This document shows positions 59,044 to 64,000 of a DNA stretch of 64,000 bases, in pieces. Location of the stretch: positions 1 to 64,000 of the forward strand of contig CALSCO010001386.1 of assembly GCA_943704415.1 (NCBI GenBank). The letters are read 5' to 3'. Source of the DNA: Parvularia atlantis (taxonomy: Eukaryota). Positions within the stretch are counted from its first letter, which is position 1. Each line of letters opens with the position of its first letter. The notes under the pieces were generated by a model. It saw nothing but the letters and a program-made list of their open reading frames with translations. It made no database searches and was not told where the DNA came from. Made by a program: the position numbers and the translations under genes.

Positions 59044-59822
59044 ATGGTGAGCCGTCACCCAACCCGAACGACGCCCGCTCCCGCACCCCTCCCGCACCTC
59101 CCCGCACGCCACCCGCGCACGCACCGCACACACGGACGGACGGATGGATGGACGGATGGACGGATGGACGGATGGATGGGCGCATGCGAGGGAATGGGGG
59201 CGCTGATGCACCGCACGCGCGCGCCACTTAGGCCGAGGCTGCAACAGCGACGCTGCGCACGCGCAAGTTCATGACCAACCCGCTGCTGCAGCGGAAGCAG
59301 ATGGTGCGCGCGCGACGCAGCAGGCAGCACAGACACCGCAGGGCTCACGCCGCACGGGCAGGTCGTGGACGTGATCCACCCCGGCCGCGCCAACGTGCCC
59401 AAGGACGAGGTGCGCGACATCCTCGGCAAGATGTACAAGGCCGACAAGGCCAACATCTTCGTCTTCGGGTTCAAGACCCAGTTTGGCGGCGGCCGCTCGA
59501 GCGGCTTCGGCTTCATCTACGACACGATCGACGCGGCCAAGAAGTACGAGCCCAAGTACCGGCTGGCACGGGTGCGCGCGCGGGCTTGCGCGGGCCGTTG
59601 GCGCCGACGCGGTCGTGCTGACGCCGGGCGCGGGGCCGGGGGCGGCAGCACGGTCTCTTCACCAAGGAGATCTCGACGCGCAAGCAGCGCAAGGAGCGCA
59701 AGAACCGCACCAAGAAGGTCCGTGGTGTCAAGAAGGCTAAGGTCACGTCGGGCAAGAAGGTGCGCGGGCGGCCGCTGGAGGCGTGTGTGCGAGGGGCCTT
59801 GACGACGGCGTGTCTGCAGTGA
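59044..59822 (+). CDS. RPS24: 40S ribosomal protein S24 (eS24)
   Basis: [67 protein letters not shown]. Confidence 0.97.
59134..59179. repeat. (GGAC/GGAT)n microsatellite in RPS24 intron 1
   Basis: Directly visible. Confidence 0.9.
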
Positions 59823-59984
59823 GCGGGCGCAAGCGGCCGGGCGCGTCGCGAGCGCGTGGGAGCGAGGGGGAGACTTGGTGTGCTCGGGTGTGTGCGCCGC
59901 CCGCGCGCGCGTCTGGTGCTTGTGCTTGCCTGCCTCTCAGCGCTGCCGCGCCGCCATGCCACTTTTCCCGTTGCCGTCGGTCCG

Positions 59985-61460
59985 ATGCGCACGCGGCGCG
60001 ATCTGCACGCCGGCCGCAACGACTTTGCGTGCGGCGGGCGCTGCGTGCTCGCGCACAACCGCTACACGCTCTACGGCATATACGCGATGCTGCTCGTCGC
60101 CGCGCCGCTCTCCGCGGGCTTTGTGTGCGTGCCGCGTGGGCTGCACGCGCGGCCGATGCTTACGCGCGCCCGCTCACGCGCAGCCTGCCGAATCTCGTTG
60201 CGCAGGTGCGCCGCCGCATCGCGCCGCGCCCAACCGACGCGGAGCCCGCAGGTCTCATGGCTGCTCGCCCTCGTCTTCGTCGCCCTTGTTCTGCTCACGC
60301 TCGGCGCGCTGACGGCGACGGCCGTGCGCGACCCGGGGATTGTGCCGCGCGGCACGCATCTGCCGCCCGAGGTGCTCGAGGACGCGGCGGCGCTGCGCGC
60401 GCTCAAGGCCGACATGTGCCCGCGCCCGCGCTGCAATCGGCGCGACCGGCCGGCCGCTCACCGCCGCCGCGCAGGCCGTTCATGCGCCCGCTGTACCGCC
60501 CGATCGAGGTCAACGGCGTCACGGTCGAGCTCAAGTTCTGCTACACCTGCCGCCGCTTCCGCCTCCCGCGCAGCAGCCACTGCAGCGACTGCGACAATTG
60601 CGTCGGTGAGCGCGAGCGAGCTTGCGGGCGCCGGTCGCGTGCTGACGGCGGCGCTCGCAGACCACTTTGACCACCGTGCGCCGCAAACGCACTGCCGCGA
60701 GAGCGCGCCTGCTGACCGCCGGCGCCGCACACAGACTGCCCCTGGGTGGGCAACTGCATCGGCCGGCGCAACTATGGCACCTTTGTGGCGTTCCTGCTCT
60801 CGGCCACGGCGCTGCTGGCGTTCGCGGTCGCGTGCTGCGTGCTCAACCTGTACCTGCTCGCGAAGGGCGCCGAGGCCGACGGCGCGGCCGAGGCCGTGCG
60901 CGTCGCCTTTGCCAGCAGCCCCGTTAGGTGCGTGGCGGCCTGGCAGCAGCTCGCCTGCTGCTGATGCTGGCCCCTTCAGCGTCATCCTCACGATCTTCTG
61001 TGGCCTGATCGGGCTCAACGTGGGCGGGCTCGCCGTGTTCCACCTGTGCTGCGTCGTCACGCACACGACGACGAACGAGTTTGTGCGCGCCCCGCCCTGG
61101 CCTCCGCGCACACACGCCACTGACTGGCGGCGCGCAGGTCAAGATCAACGCCACCGAGACCGGCTTCGACGTGACAAACCCGTACTCACTCGGCTACGTC
61201 GGCAACGTCGTGCGCGCCCTGTTTGGCCCGCAGCACCCGACGTGCGCTCGCGGTGGCGCGAGTCCGGTGCACAGCAGCACGCTGACGGCGCGCGCGTGCG
61301 CAGGTACCTCGGCGCCAGCGAACCGCTCAGCGCCGCCGAGGCGGCCGAATGGGACGCCGCGCAGGCCGCGATGACGGCCGCGTACGACTCGATCGACGTG
61401 ACCGTGCCGCCGGGCGCTGGTGCCCCCGTGCTCGTGTACAGGCCAGCTCAGCTTGTCTAG
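59985..61460 (+). CDS. DHHC palmitoyltransferase, Erf2/ZDHHC9 subfamily
   Basis: GRNDFACGGR, DPGIVPR, KFCYTCRRFRLPRSSHCSDCDNCV|DHFDH|HCPWVGNCIGRRNY, TTNE, NPYSLG. Confidence 0.93.
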   Translation: MRTRRDLHAGRNDFACGGRCVLAHNRYTLYGIYAMLLVAAPLSAGFVCVPRGLHARPMLTRARSRAACRISLRRCAAASRRAQPTRSPQVSWLLALVFVALVLLTLGALTATAVRDPGIVPRGTHLPPEVLEDAAALRALKADMCPRPRCNRRDRPAAHRRRAGRSCARCTARSRSTASRSSSSSATPAAASASRAAATAATATIASVSASELAGAGRVLTAALADHFDHRAPQTHCRESAPADRRRRTQTAPGWATASAGATMAPLWRSCSRPRRCWRSRSRAACSTCTCSRRAPRPTARPRPCASPLPAAPLGAWRPGSSSPAADAGPFSVILTIFCGLIGLNVGGLAVFHLCCVVTHTTTNEFVRAPPWPPRTHATDWRRAGQDQRHRDRLRRDKPVLTRLRRQRRARPVWPAAPDVRSRWRESGAQQHADGARVRRYLGASEPLSAAEAAEWDAAQAAMTAAYDSIDVTVPPGAGAPVLVYRPAQLV

Positions 61461-61482
61461 ATTGCAGCCGCAGGAGAGAACA

Positions 61483-63430
61483 TTACACCGTCACGCCTCC
61501 GTTCGCCGCGCCGGCCGGCTCGCACTCGGTCGCGACCGTCCCGAGCAGCTCCATTGTGTCCTTGTCGCGGAAGATCATCTCGCCGCTCTCCACCGTGACC
61601 TTCACCGCAGGCGTCAGGCAGCGCGAGGCGGCGCGGTCGCACACGCGCACCAGCACGTTCTCGGCCAGGGCGGACATGAGCGGCTGCTGCGGCAGGCCGT
61701 CCATGCCGAGCGCCGCCGTGCCGTTCGAGCCGAGCCGGGCGCTCCCGGTGCTGCCCGGCAGGCTCGCCTGGACCATCTCGGCGATCATGTTCTGCGGCGT
61801 GAGCGCGTCGCTCGGGCGGAAGCTCGAGCCGAACGGCAGGATCGACATGCGGTGCTCGTAGTTTTCTGCCAGCCGTCGTGAGCACGGCAGCCGTGCGCGT
61901 GTTGCGCACGCACCGTGCGCCTCGTACAGCCGGTTCATCACGCCCACAATTTGGTTGTACCGCTTTACGTACTCGTCCTCCTGCGACCCGACCAGGTTGC
62001 CCCCGCAGTCGTAGCAGTACCAGCGCTGGGCGTCGGTGAGCAGCTGCGCGGCACGTCCACGGCGCCGTGTCAGCGAGGCGGCGCGCGACAAAGATACGCG
62101 CGCACCCCCTCGCGGATGCTCGGGAAGTGGCACATCTGGTGGTAGTAGCGCTCGCACTGGCTGCACGCGACCAGCTGGTTGCCGTAGTACGACATCGGCC
62201 CGCGGCACATCTGGCAGGCGTAGTCGGGCGTCTTATCTGCGGGCCAGGCACAGGCGTCAGCGTGCGCACGCACGGCACGTGGCTTTGCGCGGCGCGCCTG
62301 CCCGCCGCCGGGCCCTGCGCGCGGTCGAGAGAGTGCCGGCCCACGAGCTGCTGCTGGCCACCGCGCGCGCGCTCAGCTCGTCGGTCTCGGCGCGCCGGCC
62401 GCGCAGCTCGTCGCTAATGCCCTGCGCGTGCCGCCGCCGGGGTGAGAACACCCGCGCGCGGAGTGCGCGTGCAGCGTGCCTGCAGCGCGTCGTCACCCAA
62501 AAACAGGCCGTCCATCTGCCGCAGGCGCCGTGCGCGGCTGCGGCGCTTGGCACCGCCGTCGCTCTCCGCCTCTGCGCGCACGGTGAGCGGCTGCCGGCGC
62601 ATGCGAGGCGCATCGCCCGCACCGGGCTCCTCTTCGTGCGCCCGCTTGACCACCCGGGCGCGCGGTGGCGCGCTGTCGGTGCTCGCCGTCGTCGGCGGCG
62701 ACTCGGGGCGCCCCTCGTTGTCGCTTGACGTGTGCGGCGGCTTGGCCCGCTTGTACTTGCGCGCGGGCGTGCGCTCCTGCTCCTCGGCCGTGCGCCCGAG
62801 ACGCGCAGGGCCTGCTGTGCGTGAGCGCTGGCACGACGCACGGCAGGGTGCGCCGCACCGTTCAGGCGGCTGCGCATGTACTGCGCCGAAAAGTCCGTGC
62901 CGTGGTTGCGGTCGAACGTCTGGGCGCCTAGTTAAGCGGCGTGCTGTGCGCGCCCGCGTCGCACCTGCAGCAGCTGCGTGATGTGCTCGACCAGGTGCAC
63001 AAGAAAGAGCGCCTTGTCGCTGAACGGCGCGCCCTGGAGAAAGCTGCGTTGTGGGCGCGGTGCGTTGTGGGCACGGGCGAAGATGTGCAGCCGCGCTGCG
63101 CACGCACCACTCGCGCCAGCGGCACGGGCCCGGCAGGACGTAGCGGTTAGTGTGGCCCTGGATGTGGTTGCGCCACTTCTTCCAGTTGTCGAACGTGAGC
63201 GTGCACTGCGCCCACGTGCAGAGGAAGAACGGGCGGTTGACGCCGCTGTCGTCGGGCTCGTCGTCCTGCTGCTGCGCATCGGCGGCGACGGGCGCCTGCG
63301 GCCGTGCGGGTGCCGATGGCCGGCTCGGCAACGTGGCCGTCGTGGCCGTCGTGGCCGTCGTGGCCGTCGTGGCCGTCGTGGCCGTCGTGGCCGCCGACGC
63401 AGACGACGCACCGACGTCCGCCGCCGCCAT
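61483..63430 (-). CDS. C2H2 zinc-finger + PHD-finger nuclear protein
   Basis: FLCTWAQCTLTF..HIQGH, CRW..HLVEH; PHD CQMC..GNQLVACSQCERYYHQMCH..WYCYDC. Confidence 0.78.
63332..63393 (-). repeat. 9-bp coding tandem repeat encoding (TTA)n, about 7 copies
   Basis: cgtggccgt repeated. Confidence 0.9.
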
Positions 63431-63454
63431 GCTGCAAATCTACTCATCGAGCCA

Positions 63455-64000
63455 ATGGCACCGGCGGTCGGTGACGCACCGGCTGACGCCAACGAGCGTG
63501 CGCGCGTCGCCCCCCACCGCCGAGAGGGCGCGCGCTCACACGCGTGCGGCGCAGACTGCGTCGGGCCGAGTAGCGAGCAGGCCGGCAAGGCCGTGTCGTG
63601 TGAGGGGTGCCCGAACCAGCAGGTGTGTGCGACGGCGGAGAAGGGTCCCGACCCCGGTGCGCGCCCGACGGCCAACAGGTGGCGGCGAGGACGACTGACC
63701 GCGGCACGGCGCGCGCCGCAGACATCCCGGCCATCCAGGCGCGCCTCGCGGGCGTGCGGCGCAAGGTGCTCGTGCTCTCGGGCAAGGGCGGCGTTGGCAA
63801 GAGCACGTTCGCGTCGCAGCTCGCCTTCGCGCTCGCGCACGACGCCACGACCCAGGTCGGCCTGATGGACATCGACATCTGCGGGCCGTCCGTGCCCAAG
63901 ATCATGGGCGTCGAGGGCGAGCAGATTCACCAGAGCGGCAGCGGGTGGTCGCCGGTGCGCCCGCGCTGCGCCTGACGACACGGCTGCTGACTAAGGCACT
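63455..64000 (+). CDS. NUBP1: Cytosolic Fe-S scaffold Nbp35/NUBP1 (5' part; runs off the window)
   Basis: [55 protein letters not shown]. Confidence 0.96.

Noticed and set aside
59047..59231. Intronic snoRNA in the long RPS24 intron
   Set aside because: No C box or convincing H/ACA layout; the extra length is explained by C-rich and GGAY microsatellite tracts
1..64000. Hundreds of long overlapping Arg/Ala/Pro-rich ORFs in the six-frame track (e.g. 25695-27908 minus, 31046-32698 plus)
   Set aside because: Expected from stop-codon scarcity at very high GC; they are antisense or off-frame shadows of recognisable spliced genes
1..64000. Alternative genetic code or stop-codon reassignment
   Set aside because: TAA, TAG and TGA all terminate genes at expected positions, and apparent internal stops fall inside introns
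1..64000. U12-type (AT-AC) introns, tRNA or rRNA genes
   Set aside because: No RTATCCTT donors, cloverleafs or rRNA-like segments seen by eye; not excluded computationally

Overview
Extremely compact, GC-rich, intron-dense eukaryotic nuclear DNA. It is not prokaryotic, and most long ORFs in the supplied track are antisense or intron read-through artefacts. By hand I reconstructed 37 spliced protein-coding genes. They have short introns (mostly about 45-80 nt) with a GTGCGY donor, a GCTGAC/GCTCAC branch point and almost no polypyrimidine tract. Gene content mixes fungal-like items (Lrg1-type LIM-RhoGAP, Rib2-type deaminase, DUF1752 motif, Thp3, mS45) with animal-like items (SNAP47, C2-containing calpain, cytohesin, tyrosine-kinase-family domain, MGRN1). 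This suggests a unicellular opisthokont, possibly a nucleariid (inference only). Highlights: (1) a nuclear, intron-containing, mitochondrion-targeted bacterial-type RNase P protein (RnpA); (2) a SNAP47-architecture SNARE outside animals; (3) a two-TM ankyrin tyrosine pseudokinase; (4) near-strict strand alternation, with start codons about 20-50 nt apart and tandem spacers of 31-54 nt, raising the possibility of dicistronic messages; (5) about 15 GC-AG introns; (6) a hairpin-rich intergenic region that may be an ncRNA. Product names come from motif recognition from memory, with no database searches. CDS coordinates span ATG to stop including introns, and some termini are uncertain.
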